From a virus (taxonomy: Duplodnaviria > Caudoviricetes), in IMG/VR virus record IMGVR_UViG_3300037467_001543, positions 1 through 42,512 of that record: a stretch of 42,512 nucleotides of DNA. One strand, 5' to 3'. The first letter of the stretch is position 1, and each line of letters begins with the position of its first letter. A program made the position numbers and the translations under genes. Under the pieces are notes generated by a model, which was not told where the DNA came from, did not search any database, and was given only the letters and a program-made list of their open reading frames with translations. Positions 8,563 to 17,790 of this stretch are shown here, in pieces.

Positions 8563-9837
8563 TCAGATCGTCGGCCTTTTGGTTGCATTGACGTAGACAC
8601 AACTCAACTCCCGCGAGACTTGCCGGCGATGGTCGAAGTATTTGCCTTCGGTCAAAAGCCCGTTCTTGAGCCAGGTCTTGACCATGTGCTTGGCTTGCGC
8701 CTCGGTGACGTCCAGCTGCTTCATCAGCACCAGCCCAACCCATCGCCCGGACCCTCCCTGCTTCGTCGGCGAGTAGCGCACGCCCGCCTCCGGCCCTGTC
8801 TCGATCTGGTCAAGCACCGCGTTCAACTCCGTCGGCGTGGTGCGCTGCCACACCCCCTCGGGCTTCCACGGCACCACCACCTGCACGCTGTCACCGGCCG
8901 GGTAGAGGGGATTGATGTCACCATTCCCCAGCTGCACCGACTCGAGACGGAACCACCGCGCGGACCGTGCCGCCGCCATGTTTCGTTTCGCGTCGTCGAG
9001 CCGGACGTAGGCGTGCCGCTCGTCCTCATCGATCTCGAACAGCAACGCGTCCTCGTCCGACATCGTGCTCAGCAGCAGCCCGACCCGCGCCGAGTCTGTG
9101 ACCGCCTTCGCCCCGCGCGCCGCATCGATCGAGGTTAGGTCGCCCTTCCTAACATGGTGGATCAGCCACACCGCGCAGTTGGTCGACCGCGCCACCCGTC
9201 GCCAGGCCGCCGCCGCCTTCACCATCTGTGGATTGTTATTCTCTTCTAACGAATGGCTCTCGGCGAACGGGTCGACAATGATCACATCGATGCCGTGCTC
9301 CTGGATCTGACTGATTAGCGCCTCAACATCAGGATAAGCAACGGTATGGCCATCCTTATCCAGCTCCGCGACGGTCAGCCCGCGCGCCTCGCCGCTGTCG
9401 AGGAACAGCTTGCCGTCGAGGTCAATCCTCTTGACATTGTAATGGATTTGCACCGCCGCGACGCGCCGCTCCAGCTCCTCGAGCGGGTCGTCCAGGTTGA
9501 CGATCGCCACCCGCAGCGGGCGGAAAACATGCTCACCGAGGAACCCCTTGCCGGTGATCAGGTCGACCCCGGCGGCGATGGCATACGACGACTTGCCCGA
9601 CCCGCCCGGCGACACCAACACCGTCACGTAGCCGCGGATCAGCTGCGTGCCGTAAAGCCACTCCCGCGGCGGGATCGTCTCCGGGTCCGGCAGCCTGGCA
9701 GGGTGCAACCGGAACGGCCCACGCGCCGGATCCGTGCCGCCGACCACGCCTAGTTTGGGTCCGCCGGCCGTGCGCCGCGTGTCCCACGCCCGATACAGCC
9801 GCTCGCGTTCCTCCTGGCCGTCGTCATCGTCAGCCAT
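8563..9837 (-). CDS. AAA_25 / RepA-like replicative helicase
   Basis: PPREWL, Walker A SPGGSGKSS, Walker B VIIVDP, IHHVRKG, ARGAKA, KRN; ATG 9837. Confidence 0.9.
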   Translation of the reverse strand: MADDDDGQEERERLYRAWDTRRTAGGPKLGVVGGTDPARGPFRLHPARLPDPETIPPREWLYGTQLIRGYVTVLVSPGGSGKSSYAIAAGVDLITGKGFLGEHVFRPLRVAIVNLDDPLEELERRVAAVQIHYNVKRIDLDGKLFLDSGEARGLTVAELDKDGHTVAYPDVEALISQIQEHGIDVIIVDPFAESHSLEENNNPQMVKAAAAWRRVARSTNCAVWLIHHVRKGDLTSIDAARGAKAVTDSARVGLLLSTMSDEDALLFEIDEDERHAYVRLDDAKRNMAAARSARWFRLESVQLGNGDINPLYPAGDSVQVVVPWKPEGVWQRTTPTELNAVLDQIETGPEAGVRYSPTKQGGSGRWVGLVLMKQLDVTEAQAKHMVKTWLKNGLLTEGKYFDHRRQVSRELSCVYVNATKRPTI

Positions 9838-10240
9838 GGCGCAACTCCCTCGGCAACGCCCAGTAAACCTGCTCCGCGACAATCTCCTCGACCTCGCGCT
9901 CGGTCAGCGCGAACCCGGCAGCGCCGTTGATGTCATGCGCAGCCGCCCGCACCTCGTTCGAGGCACGCCTGGCGCGGATCATCTCCCGCGTCCGCCGCCC
10001 GATCCCGCCGCCAACGGTATCGGCAACCGCCTGCTGACGATCGATCTCCCGGCACAGCACCCAGTTCAGGTGCGCGAACCACCCTTCAGGGTCGCCGTCG
10101 CCCGCGAGCTGGCCCTGCCGCGCCAGCCGGTGACAGGTCGCCCGCAGCCCGGCCTGCGCCTGCGGCAACGCCAACAACCCGCGCCGGACAGGCCGGGCGA
10201 GGTCGCGTGCATAGGGAATTGGATTGATCGGCTCAGGCAC
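9830..10240 (-). CDS. Hypothetical replication-module protein (C-terminus PriCT-like)
   Basis: GTG 10240 with GGAGG RBS; ends AAAHDIN...LTEREVEEIV, reminiscent of primase C-terminal helices; overlaps the helicase start. Confidence 0.55.
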   Translation of the reverse strand: MPEPINPIPYARDLARPVRRGLLALPQAQAGLRATCHRLARQGQLAGDGDPEGWFAHLNWVLCREIDRQQAVADTVGGGIGRRTREMIRARRASNEVRAAAHDINGAAGFALTEREVEEIVAEQVYWALPRELRHG

Positions 10241-10305
10241 CGCCGCCTCCACCGGGCAGCGCGCCATCAATGACCAGACTGTCATAAGCACACCCCTTGC
10301 CTTGC

Positions 10306-10422
10306 TGGCCGAGGCGTGCGAAACCGGCGTTGGGATCGGGCCGGTTCGCGCACACCCCGCACCAGGTTTCCGATAATGCGGTCGCCCGTCGGAGGTCACA
10401 GTCCGACGGGCGATCCGCATTA
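10306..10422. ncRNA. Candidate structured RNA/cruciform: two long hairpins
   Basis: 10374-10422 is a 20-bp stem with one bulge; 10306-10364 is a long imperfect stem. Confidence 0.4.
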
Positions 10423-10456
10423 AGAGCCAGATTTCCAACGATGTATAGGGCGGCGT

Positions 10457-10996
10457 TCATGCGGCCGCCTCCGGTGCCCGCAGCCGCTCGGCCGGGATCT
10501 CCTCAACGACGACGCGGAATGTGCGCGCCAGCCACGCATCGAACTGCTTCGCCGACAGCCCCTGCACACCGAGGCCGCCCTCACGCACCAGGCGCAGCAG
10601 CGCCTTGCTGTCGACGGGGATAAAATTGACCGCCGGCCAGCCGCGCACGTCGACAACGACCACTGTCTCGATGCGCTCGAGCGCCGCGATCAGCGCCGCC
10701 AGGTCGCAATCGCGCCCCTTGCCCTGGTCGCCGCTCTCCTGAAACCGGATGTGCTTGACCATGGCGCGGACGCGCACATCGTGCGGCACCTTCGCCGGCA
10801 CCCTGCCGTTGACCGGCGCCTGGCGCGACGACCGCCGCTGGAACCGGTAGACATGGCTCGCCCACAACTCCCCGAACCAGCTCACCGCCCGCCCGTCGGT
10901 GAACAGATCATCGACCTCGCCGCGGGTTAGCTGCAGCACCTCGGCGATCGTATCCGCCGGCAGCCTGGCGCGCAGGATCCGCAGCACCTCCTTCAT
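10457..10996 (-). CDS. Hypothetical protein (possible degenerate restriction-endonuclease-like fold)
   Basis: ATG 10996 overlaps the VRR-NUC stop; DGR..SWFGELW and IRFQES..QGKGR motifs. The fold is a guess. Confidence 0.55.
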   Translation of the reverse strand: MKEVLRILRARLPADTIAEVLQLTRGEVDDLFTDGRAVSWFGELWASHVYRFQRRSSRQAPVNGRVPAKVPHDVRVRAMVKHIRFQESGDQGKGRDCDLAALIAALERIETVVVVDVRGWPAVNFIPVDSKALLRLVREGGLGVQGLSAKQFDAWLARTFRVVVEEIPAERLRAPEAAA

Positions 10997-11403
10997 GCCA
11001 CCCGCGTCCGCCGCGCCCGCGGCACGCCCCAGGCGTCGAGGATCTGCAGCACCTGCCAGGCGTCGTTGGCCACCGCCACCATCACGCCGGACTGCGCCAA
11101 GATCGGCAGCCGCTCGATCTGCGCCTCCGACAGCGAGCCATCGGCCGCCTTCAGCTCGACCGCGCCCGTTCGCCCGCCCCAATGAAACCAGACATCCGGC
11201 AGGCCGGCGACGACGCCGCGCGCAGTGCGCGTGCCGGGAACCTCCCCGTGGTAGTTGGCATGATCGATCGAATACCAGCAGACACCGGGCAGGCTCAGCT
11301 TGCCGGGCGGCGCGATCTCGAGCCTGAGAACCTTAGTCAGCGCCTCCTGCAGCGGATGCTCGCGCACCACAGGCGGCGTCAGCCTGAACGGCGGCTTGGC
11401 CAC
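10993..11403 (-). CDS. VRR-NUC domain nuclease
   Basis: EHPLQ...GVVAGLPDV...AVELKAADGSLSEAQ. Confidence 0.88.
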   Translation of the reverse strand: MAKPPFRLTPPVVREHPLQEALTKVLRLEIAPPGKLSLPGVCWYSIDHANYHGEVPGTRTARGVVAGLPDVWFHWGGRTGAVELKAADGSLSEAQIERLPILAQSGVMVAVANDAWQVLQILDAWGVPRARRTRVA

Positions 11404-11405
11404 GA

Positions 11406-12062
11406 CTACTCGGCCGCGTCGAGCATGTCCCCCTGATCGCGTCGTATCCTGACCGGGCTGCGCTCGCCGGACATCTCCTCGGCCTGGCTCAGCACGATCA
11501 TCACCGGCCCGCCGACCCGGTCCATCAGCTCATGGCGCAGCGGATCCGTCGACGACACGTGGATTGTCATTTCGACACCGTTCCGCGTAGTCAGCCGCAC
11601 CAGCTTACCCGGCGCCGCCTGCAGGCCCTGCGCCGCCACCATGCTGCACAGCTTGTCGACCAGCGCGCGGGCAAATCGCGTGACCCGGTCGACGACCTCT
11701 CGTTGTTTCGCCTCCGTCCTGAACGACCAGGGCAGCGGATCATGATCGTTGCGCAGCTGCTCGAGAATGTGGTCGCGCACATCCCCGACCGCCGTTGCCG
11801 TGGCCAGGGCCAGATAGTCGTCAGCCTGCGCGTCAGTGCTCACGTGATCGTCTCCCTGTTGGCTTATTGTCGCTGGTGGCGGGCAGATGTCCGGGCGCAG
11901 CTCATGGCGCGGGATGCCGGTGACAGCCTCGACCTGCGCGACGCGCTCGGCCGGCACCTGGCGCCATTTCCACACGGCGCCCCGGGTCAATCCGCAAAAT
12001 GTGGCGATCTGGCCTACCAGTCCGCGACGGGCGCGGATGCGAGCCATAGCGTCGTCGGTCAT
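11406..12062 (-). CDS. Cro/YdaS-like HTH fused in frame to a conserved phage protein (internal start at 11843)
   Basis: N-terminal IATFCGLTRGAVWKWRQVPAERV..VEAVTGIPRHELRPD; internal AGGGAG RBS and GTG at 11843; divergent from the CI-like gene. Confidence 0.8.
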   Translation of the reverse strand: MTDDAMARIRARRGLVGQIATFCGLTRGAVWKWRQVPAERVAQVEAVTGIPRHELRPDICPPPATISQQGDDHVSTDAQADDYLALATATAVGDVRDHILEQLRNDHDPLPWSFRTEAKQREVVDRVTRFARALVDKLCSMVAAQGLQAAPGKLVRLTTRNGVEMTIHVSSTDPLRHELMDRVGGPVMIVLSQAEEMSGERSPVRIRRDQGDMLDAAE

Positions 12063-12184
12063 AACCGACGTTTAGCGCACCTCGTGAGCAACGCAATAGC
12101 CGGTAGCGCTCACACCCGTGATTTTTGATTACCGCATTTCACAGTTTATGCAGCCCGTGGTAGACTACAGCGGGAGCGGGCGGG
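12063..12184. promoter_or_regulatory. Divergent CI/Cro control region
   Basis: Lower-GC intergenic region between divergent HTH genes; GTGAGC...GCTCAC inverted repeat. Confidence 0.55.
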
Positions 12185-12601
12185 GTGCAGGCAGTGGATT
12201 TGGGGCAGAAATTGCGTCAATACCGGGAGGAGCGCGGCATAACGCAGCGTATGCTGGCGGACGCGATCGGCTGCACGCAGGGCGCCGTCGGCCTGTGGGA
12301 GGGCGGCCACAAGGTGCCGTCCATTCGCAACCGCCTGCTCATCGCCGAGGTGCTGGGCCTGCGCCCGGCCGACATCATGCCGGAATTTGCCCCCGGCACG
12401 GACAACCGCGCCATCCTGGTCACCGAGCCGGACCTGATCGAGCTGGTGCGGTTTTTCCGCAGCCTGCCAGAGCAGGATCGCCCAACGCTGCTCTCAGGAG
12501 CGAAGGCCTGGTGGGAGGCGAAGACCGAGGCAGCTGATCAACCGAGCATAGCTGATCAACCGAGCATAGCTGATCAATCGACGACAATAGCCGCTGGATA
12601 G
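12185..12601 (+). CDS. XRE-family HTH repressor (CI-like, no peptidase domain)
   Basis: LRQYREERGITQRMLADAIGCTQGAVGLWEGG..VPS; the C-terminus has an 18-bp tandem repeat (ADQPSI). Confidence 0.85.
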   Translation: MQAVDLGQKLRQYREERGITQRMLADAIGCTQGAVGLWEGGHKVPSIRNRLLIAEVLGLRPADIMPEFAPGTDNRAILVTEPDLIELVRFFRSLPEQDRPTLLSGAKAWWEAKTEAADQPSIADQPSIADQSTTIAAG

Positions 12602-12785
12602 CCCAGGCCTCGGCGACGGCGTCCCCCTCGGCGCCAACCTCTTGTTGACCGTCTTGATTACCCCGATTAGACAAACTGCGTGAGCCCAGCATCGGGGAGG
12701 CGGCCACGTGCAGCATGTCATGTATCCTCCGGGTATCCGCGCAGGGGTAAAAAACACCGGCACTCGTATTGCGAGCAATAGCGCG

Positions 12786-13196
12786 ATGACGCTCCTGTCA
12801 TCTGCCGGTCGCATCTTGTTCCGGCCGTTACGAACTCTGTTGCATCATGACCGGGTTGAAGATGAGGAGGACGGCGGGTCGGCCCCAGTCCGTGACGATT
12901 GCGGACTGGACTCAAACTCGCTACTCCGTGATCGACCACAGGCATATCATGCAGTTATTGGTTGCATCCGGGAACGTGACGTCGTCGCCCGCGACAGTCG
13001 CGACATCCGCACCGTCGAGATCCTACGCGACGTCGTCGGATCATGGCTGGAACAAATCCGCGACCTAGAGCCACTGGAGCACCCGGACAGCCGCTGGCAT
13101 CCTGACGACCTGCGCGACGCCCTGCTGGGCGCACAGGTCAGCCTGCAGGCCGAACTGGACCGCCTGCACCGCCAGCCGCTGCTGGTGCTGCTGTGA
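12786..13196 (+). CDS. Hypothetical protein (start uncertain)
   Basis: The 3' half has phage-like codon usage and abuts the Gp157 gene. Confidence 0.45.
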   Translation: MTLLSSAGRILFRPLRTLLHHDRVEDEEDGGSAPVRDDCGLDSNSLLRDRPQAYHAVIGCIRERDVVARDSRDIRTVEILRDVVGSWLEQIRDLEPLEHPDSRWHPDDLRDALLGAQVSLQAELDRLHRQPLLVLL

Positions 13197-13211
13197 ACCC
13201 GGTCGACGCCG

Positions 13212-13685
13212 ATGGGTAGCGGTGCCGCCACCGCCCGCGACACGCTGCACCAGGCCGTCGCCGGGGCTTACAAACACACGCTCGCCGCCGGCAAGGCCCT
13301 AGCCCAGGGCATCCGGGCCGCGGTGGCCGAACCCGACCTCGAACGCTACTACGTCGAAACAGTCCGCGTGATCATGGCGCTGGACCAGCTCGCCGCCAGT
13401 GCCCAGGCCGCGGCCAAGGATGTCCGCACCGCGCTGCAGGCCTCGCTGCAAGACACCGGCTGCCCGCAGGTGACGTCGGAGCAGTTCACCGCCTACCTCG
13501 CCCGCGAGCCGGCGTGGGTCGAAATCGTCGACCCGAAACAAATACCGCCGGATTTGTGGAAACGCCCGGAGGCCGAGCCGGACAAGCGGCGGATCAAAGA
13601 GGCGATCGAGCAGGGGCGGATCATCCTCGGCGCCAGCATCAACATGCGTAACTCACAACGACTCGTCATCAGGCCGAAACAATGA
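13212..13685 (+). CDS. Siphovirus Gp157-family protein
   Basis: C-terminal VEIVDPKQIP..LW...EPDKRRIKEAIEQG..ILGA...LVIR; adjacent to Bet. Confidence 0.8.
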   Translation: MGSGAATARDTLHQAVAGAYKHTLAAGKALAQGIRAAVAEPDLERYYVETVRVIMALDQLAASAQAAAKDVRTALQASLQDTGCPQVTSEQFTAYLAREPAWVEIVDPKQIPPDLWKRPEAEPDKRRIKEAIEQGRIILGASINMRNSQRLVIRPKQ

Positions 13686-14761
13686 ACCAGATAGCCAGGC
13701 TACCCATGCCGGCCGCCGCGCCGGTCGATGTCGAACAATGGCGCGTGCTCACGGACGCCATTTTCCCAGGCGCCAAGAGCGCCGAGGCGATCGTGCTGGC
13801 GCTGAACTACTGCAAGGCGCGCGGGCTCGATGTGTTCAAAAAGCCCGTGCATATCGTGCCGATGTGGAACAGCACGCTGGGCCGCGAGGTGGAAACCGTC
13901 TGGCCCGGCATCAACGAATTGCAGACCACCGCCGCCAGGACCGGGCACTGGGCCGGCATGGATCCGCCGACCTGGGGGCCGATGAAGCGCCGCACCTTTA
14001 CCGGCCTAGTCGGCAGGCGCGGCCAGGAGCGCAACACCTCGGTCGTCGTTGACTTCCCGGAATGGTGCGAAGTCACCGTCTACCGCATGATCAACGGCCA
14101 GCGCTGCGCGTTCAGCGAACCGGTCTATTGGGAAGAATGCTATGCCCGCATGGGCCGCAGCGAGGTGCCGAACGACACCTGGCAGCGCCGCGCCCGCGGC
14201 CAGCTGCACAAATGCGCCAAAGCCGCCAGCTTGCGCGCAGCGTTCCCTGAGGATGGCTCGGCGACAGCTGAAGAAATGGAAGGGCGCGCCATCGCGGAGG
14301 GCGGCATCGTCATCGACCACGACCCGCCACCTCAAACGCCGCCGCAAAACTCTACAGGGCTGCAGGGTGCCAAGCAGGACCATGACGCCAGCCGCGCGCC
14401 GCTCGGCACGCCGGACCACACCAGCGAGCGAAAGCCACTGACCAACGCTCAGTTTTTGCAAGACCTCGACCGCCAGCTGGAGGCTGCGCCGGATAGCGAT
14501 GCCATCGCCGCCCTGCTGCACAGCGAGCGCGTCGCGCTGGCCAAGAAGCGCCTGGTCGGCGACGCCCGCCAGCACCTCGCCCATTGGATCGGCCGCGCCG
14601 AGGGGCGCCTCACCGAACTGCGCAACGCCGAGCAGGCCCAGGCCCAGGCCGACGACGCCGCCGAAGCCGCAATCGAAACCCCCGCACCGCCGACGGACGG
14701 CATGCCGCCCGATATCGACGACTGGCCGATGGTCGGCGAAGACAAACTGGCCGCCGGCTAA
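13682..14761 (+). CDS. bet: RecT/Bet-family single-strand annealing recombinase
   Basis: YCKARGLD.FKKPVHIVPM, PGINELQTTAARTG..AG, W...GQLHKCAKAASLRAAFPE...TAEEM. Confidence 0.92.
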   Translation: MNQIARLPMPAAAPVDVEQWRVLTDAIFPGAKSAEAIVLALNYCKARGLDVFKKPVHIVPMWNSTLGREVETVWPGINELQTTAARTGHWAGMDPPTWGPMKRRTFTGLVGRRGQERNTSVVVDFPEWCEVTVYRMINGQRCAFSEPVYWEECYARMGRSEVPNDTWQRRARGQLHKCAKAASLRAAFPEDGSATAEEMEGRAIAEGGIVIDHDPPPQTPPQNSTGLQGAKQDHDASRAPLGTPDHTSERKPLTNAQFLQDLDRQLEAAPDSDAIAALLHSERVALAKKRLVGDARQHLAHWIGRAEGRLTELRNAEQAQAQADDAAEAAIETPAPPTDGMPPDIDDWPMVGEDKLAAG

Positions 14762-14976
14762 TGTGCCGGCAGCTGCTCCGGTGGTTTCTGTGGCGGATCG
14801 ATCGAGGCAAACAGCATCGGCAGCGCCTCGCACGTCCACCGGCTGCCTGCCAATTTGGGATCGTGCGCAATCATCCGTTTGGCCAGCCGATCGCATTCAC
14901 CGGCATCGGTCAACACCATGCGCGCCGGCATCGCCGCACCCAAAATGATGGTCAGCAGATAGACGATCACCCGCAC
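14758..14976 (-). CDS. Small putative exported protein
   Basis: Hydrophobic signal-like N-terminus and two Cys. Confidence 0.5.
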   Translation of the reverse strand: MRVIVYLLTIILGAAMPARMVLTDAGECDRLAKRMIAHDPKLAGSRWTCEALPMLFASIDPPQKPPEQLPAH

Positions 14977-14985
14977 AGCATACCC

Positions 14986-15147
14986 TCAATCGGGCCGGCG
15001 GACGATGACGATCGGATCCTCGCCGAGATCGAGCACGAGCTGTCGGAGACGCTCGACCAGCGCATCGTATGGCGCGTCCGTGCGCGCCCGCAGCAGCTCG
15101 CGTCGCGCCAGCAGCACAATCAGGTCGGATTGCTCATCGGACAGCAT
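14986..15147 (-). CDS. Hypothetical protein
   Basis: ATG 15147; helical 53-aa ORF. Confidence 0.45.
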   Translation of the reverse strand: MLSDEQSDLIVLLARRELLRARTDAPYDALVERLRQLVLDLGEDPIVIVRRPD

Positions 15148-15336
15148 GATCTCGGCGACCGCCGGCCCGACCGACTGCGCCGGACCCTGAAAGAGAAGCA
15201 TGGATTGCGCCCCCGTGTTGAAACGAGAGCGATATCACATCCACGTGAGCCGACGCCATTCGTAGATCTACGCACTGCCTTGCCAGCTGCCATGCTTTTT
15301 GCAAGGTGAGACATTCGGAAACCAAACGCGGGGTGC

Positions 15337-15690
15337 GTGTTGTTTAGTCTTCATGTTCGGCTGCAAATAGACCGTTCCGGCGCCAATGTATTCTTCGTTT
15401 CGGGTCGTGTAAAAGTTTGGTGGAACGCCAGACGCAAAGACCCGAAAACCGAAGCCGCGCTTTTGTCGGGTTGGTATTGGGCATTGGGCAATGAGGAGCG
15501 TGGGCCGTTTCGCTCGAGATCGGCTGCCGAGCGCGACGTCTACTACCGCGCGGTGCTGCGCTCGCGCCCGCCCGTGCCGAACGCCGGCACGCTGCGTGAG
15601 GCCGAGGCCGACATCCAGCGCATGATCGATGACGCCAACGCCCGCGCCAAAGCTCAGGCCCGACGGCGCCGCCGTGAGGCGGTGGTATGA
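15337..15690 (+). CDS. Hypothetical protein
   Basis: GWYW...GPFRSRSAA motif; ATGA-coupled to the next gene. Confidence 0.65.
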   Translation: MLFSLHVRLQIDRSGANVFFVSGRVKVWWNARRKDPKTEAALLSGWYWALGNEERGPFRSRSAAERDVYYRAVLRSRPPVPNAGTLREAEADIQRMIDDANARAKAQARRRRREAVV

Positions 15691-16220
15691 CGGTCACCCT
15701 CGATCCTAACCTTCAGGAGCAGGCCGACCGCGCCGAGGCGTTTATGGCCGAGCACGGCTGGTCACGCTCCGACCTGGCCCGCGCCATCTACGGCGACAAC
15801 CGCGATGGCAAGGGGGCGCGCAACAGCGCTCTCATCACCCAGATCGCCAGCGGGCGGCATCGGATCTCCCGTTACACTGCGGAAAAATGGCGCGACGCGG
15901 TCGGCCTCGACCTCACCGACCTGGCCACGGACTGGATGCCGACAAACGGGGCGCCGCCACGCGGTGGCCGCGCCGCCACCGCCGTCGCTGCCTACCAAGC
16001 CGAGCAGGCCGCCTCGCCCGCGCTGACGCTGCACCCGGTCGCCGTGCCGCGCCGGCAAGGCCCACCGCGGTTGGCCATGCAGATCAACGGCGCCACCGGC
16101 AACCTGGCGTTCACCATGGCCGACGCGCCGACCGCGGAAATCCTAAGGGCGTTTTCCGTGCTCAGCGCCGCCGGCCTCATAGAGCAGAAGGACACGCCGC
16201 ATGACGACGCCACAGACTGA
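15687..16220 (+). CDS. Putative HTH-containing protein
   Basis: N-terminal FMAEHGWSRSDLARAIYG. Confidence 0.65.
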   Translation: MTVTLDPNLQEQADRAEAFMAEHGWSRSDLARAIYGDNRDGKGARNSALITQIASGRHRISRYTAEKWRDAVGLDLTDLATDWMPTNGAPPRGGRAATAVAAYQAEQAASPALTLHPVAVPRRQGPPRLAMQINGATGNLAFTMADAPTAEILRAFSVLSAAGLIEQKDTPHDDATD

Positions 16221-16509
16221 GCAGCTGATCGAGCGCCTGCGCCAGGACGGCAAACGCATCGAGGCGCAGTGGGTCGATTTCAGCACCACCTGCCTACCCC
16301 TCGGCACGCCGACCGAGTGGCGGGTCCGCCTGCGCGCCGTATTTTTTGCCGGCGCTGTGGCCGGGCTCGACATCCTGTTCCACCAGATGGACCCCGGCGA
16401 CGACGTGACCGAGGCCGACGAGGTCACCCTCGACGCCCTTAACGCCGAGATCAAAGCGTTTCAAGACGAGGTCAATCTTCGTAACGCGCAATCGGACGCG
16501 CGCCAATGA
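16201..16509 (+). CDS. Conserved phage hypothetical protein
   Basis: AAGGA RBS; IEAQW...LRAVFFAGA motif. Confidence 0.7.
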   Translation: MTTPQTEQLIERLRQDGKRIEAQWVDFSTTCLPLGTPTEWRVRLRAVFFAGAVAGLDILFHQMDPGDDVTEADEVTLDALNAEIKAFQDEVNLRNAQSDARQ

Positions 16510-16690
16510 GAGCGAGGATGGCGTCCGCCTTGCTCAGCGCCTGCTGCCATAGGCGGTCAGGCAGCTGCTCGCCGAGCGGATCCATCACCAGCCCCGCGGC
16601 CTCGGCCCATATCGCGCGGGCCAACATTTCCCGCCTGCGCTGCTGCGCCGCCGCCGCGTCCATCACCGTCTGTCGGTCCTTGTCGCTCAT
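16472..16690 (-). CDS. Hypothetical protein
   Basis: 72-aa helical ORF converging on the + strand operon. Confidence 0.5.
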   Translation of the reverse strand: MSDKDRQTVMDAAAAQQRRREMLARAIWAEAAGLVMDPLGEQLPDRLWQQALSKADAILALIGARPIARYED

Positions 16691-16744
16691 CGCTCACCGT
16701 TACCGCTACGCGCGCCTCATCCACCCGCACGCCCCGGGCCGCGC

Positions 16745-16990
16745 TTGACCGCTCGGCCTCGGCGCCTACAGTCCGCCCCGCCGCCGCCATGGCGGTAACC
16801 AGTCAGGCTGGGGAGCCGGGCTGGCGAGAGCGGGCCGGTCGAGGTTGCCCGTTCCTCGGCCGGTTCTCGCACGCTCCGAACCGATCGGGGCCGTTTAGGT
16901 TCGTTGATCGGGGGATCCGCAAACCTGCCGCAAGGCTGCAAACCTGCCGCAAGGCTGGTTCCGTCCGTTAAACACCGTTTGCGGACGGAA
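16745..16990 (+). ncRNA. Candidate small RNA with promoter, hairpins and terminal stem
   Basis: TTGACC-N16-TACAGT at 16745-16772; long hairpin 16824-16870; terminal stem 16959-16990; no convincing ORF. Confidence 0.35.
16919..16956. repeat. 19-bp tandem direct repeat, two copies
   Basis: GCAAACCTGCCGCAAGGCT twice. Confidence 0.9.
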
Positions 16991-17008
16991 CAGAGACAGG
17001 GGTCTGTG

Positions 17009-17257
17009 TTACGCCGTTAGGGCGCGCTTGATTTTGCGATAACAGTCGGCGCCAACCGGGAACAGGCTAACCGCATCGCCACGCTCTTTAGCTTCGGCAT
17101 CAGTAACAAACTCATAGCACTCATGGTCAATAGCCACGAGCAGCGGCTCGCCCTTCAGGGGTTTTTGGCAAAGTTCGCAGGCATCCATTGAATGAAAGCC
17201 GCTTTCAATCTGCCGCTTGGCGGAAGCGCTTCTAAGGTTGCCTACTTTGATAGCCAT
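17009..17257 (-). CDS. Small Cys-containing hypothetical protein
   Basis: GGAGG RBS; CELCQKPL...FPVGADC. Confidence 0.7.
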   Translation of the reverse strand: MAIKVGNLRSASAKRQIESGFHSMDACELCQKPLKGEPLLVAIDHECYEFVTDAEAKERGDAVSLFPVGADCYRKIKRALTA

Positions 17258-17283
17258 CTGTCCGCCTCCGGGGTCTATGATAC

Positions 17284-17613
17284 CTACGCCTCGGGGATCA
17301 CCAAAGACTCATCGTCGCGCCTGTAAGCCTCATCGGTCCCAAGGCGGTAATTGGGATCGGTCGCCTCCCAAACGTTATGCCGCAGCAGGTTTAAGGCGCC
17401 GCGCAACTCGGCCTCCTTCATCTTCGCCTGCTCGACGCGCCAATCATCAGACTGATGAGTATCCTCGGCTAAACGTCTCGCTTGCGCCGCGCGATGGTAG
17501 TCCTTGAGCCAAAGAGATATGGCGTCGGCCAAATCCGCGCGGTTAATGGAGCGGAGGGCTTCTCTGGATGCAAAACCTAATGGATCAGTTCGCGTCGCCA
17601 TTACATCCGACAT
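17284..17613 (-). CDS. Hypothetical protein
   Basis: AGGAG RBS; operon context. Confidence 0.7.
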   Translation of the reverse strand: MSDVMATRTDPLGFASREALRSINRADLADAISLWLKDYHRAAQARRLAEDTHQSDDWRVEQAKMKEAELRGALNLLRHNVWEATDPNYRLGTDEAYRRDDESLVIPEA

Positions 17614-17637
17614 AACGGTTCTCCTATAGGGTCTCTC

Positions 17638-17790
17638 TCAGTCCTCAAGGATCATGCCAGCGGCCTCCATAGAGGCGCGTTCTTCCTCTGGTGTCATTTC
17701 GCGCAGATCAGACGACCCGCAGTCCATGCAATATCCCGAAGCGCCGAAGGTAATGCAGCCGCATTCTTCGCATTTCCAATTTGCTGCCAT
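17638..17790 (-). CDS. Small zinc-ribbon protein (50 aa)
   Basis: AAGGAG RBS; WKCEECG...YCMDCGS. Confidence 0.7.
   Translation of the reverse strand: MAANWKCEECGCITFGASGYCMDCGSSDLREMTPEEERASMEAAGMILED

Noticed and set aside
8372-8743. 123-aa ORF over the repeat region
   Set aside because: It overlaps the helicase end and consists of translated iteron repeats; an origin explains it better.
12533-12590. 18-bp tandem repeat in the repressor 3' end as a regulatory array
   Set aside because: It is an in-frame slippage-type duplication encoding a low-complexity tail (ADQPSI), with no spacers.
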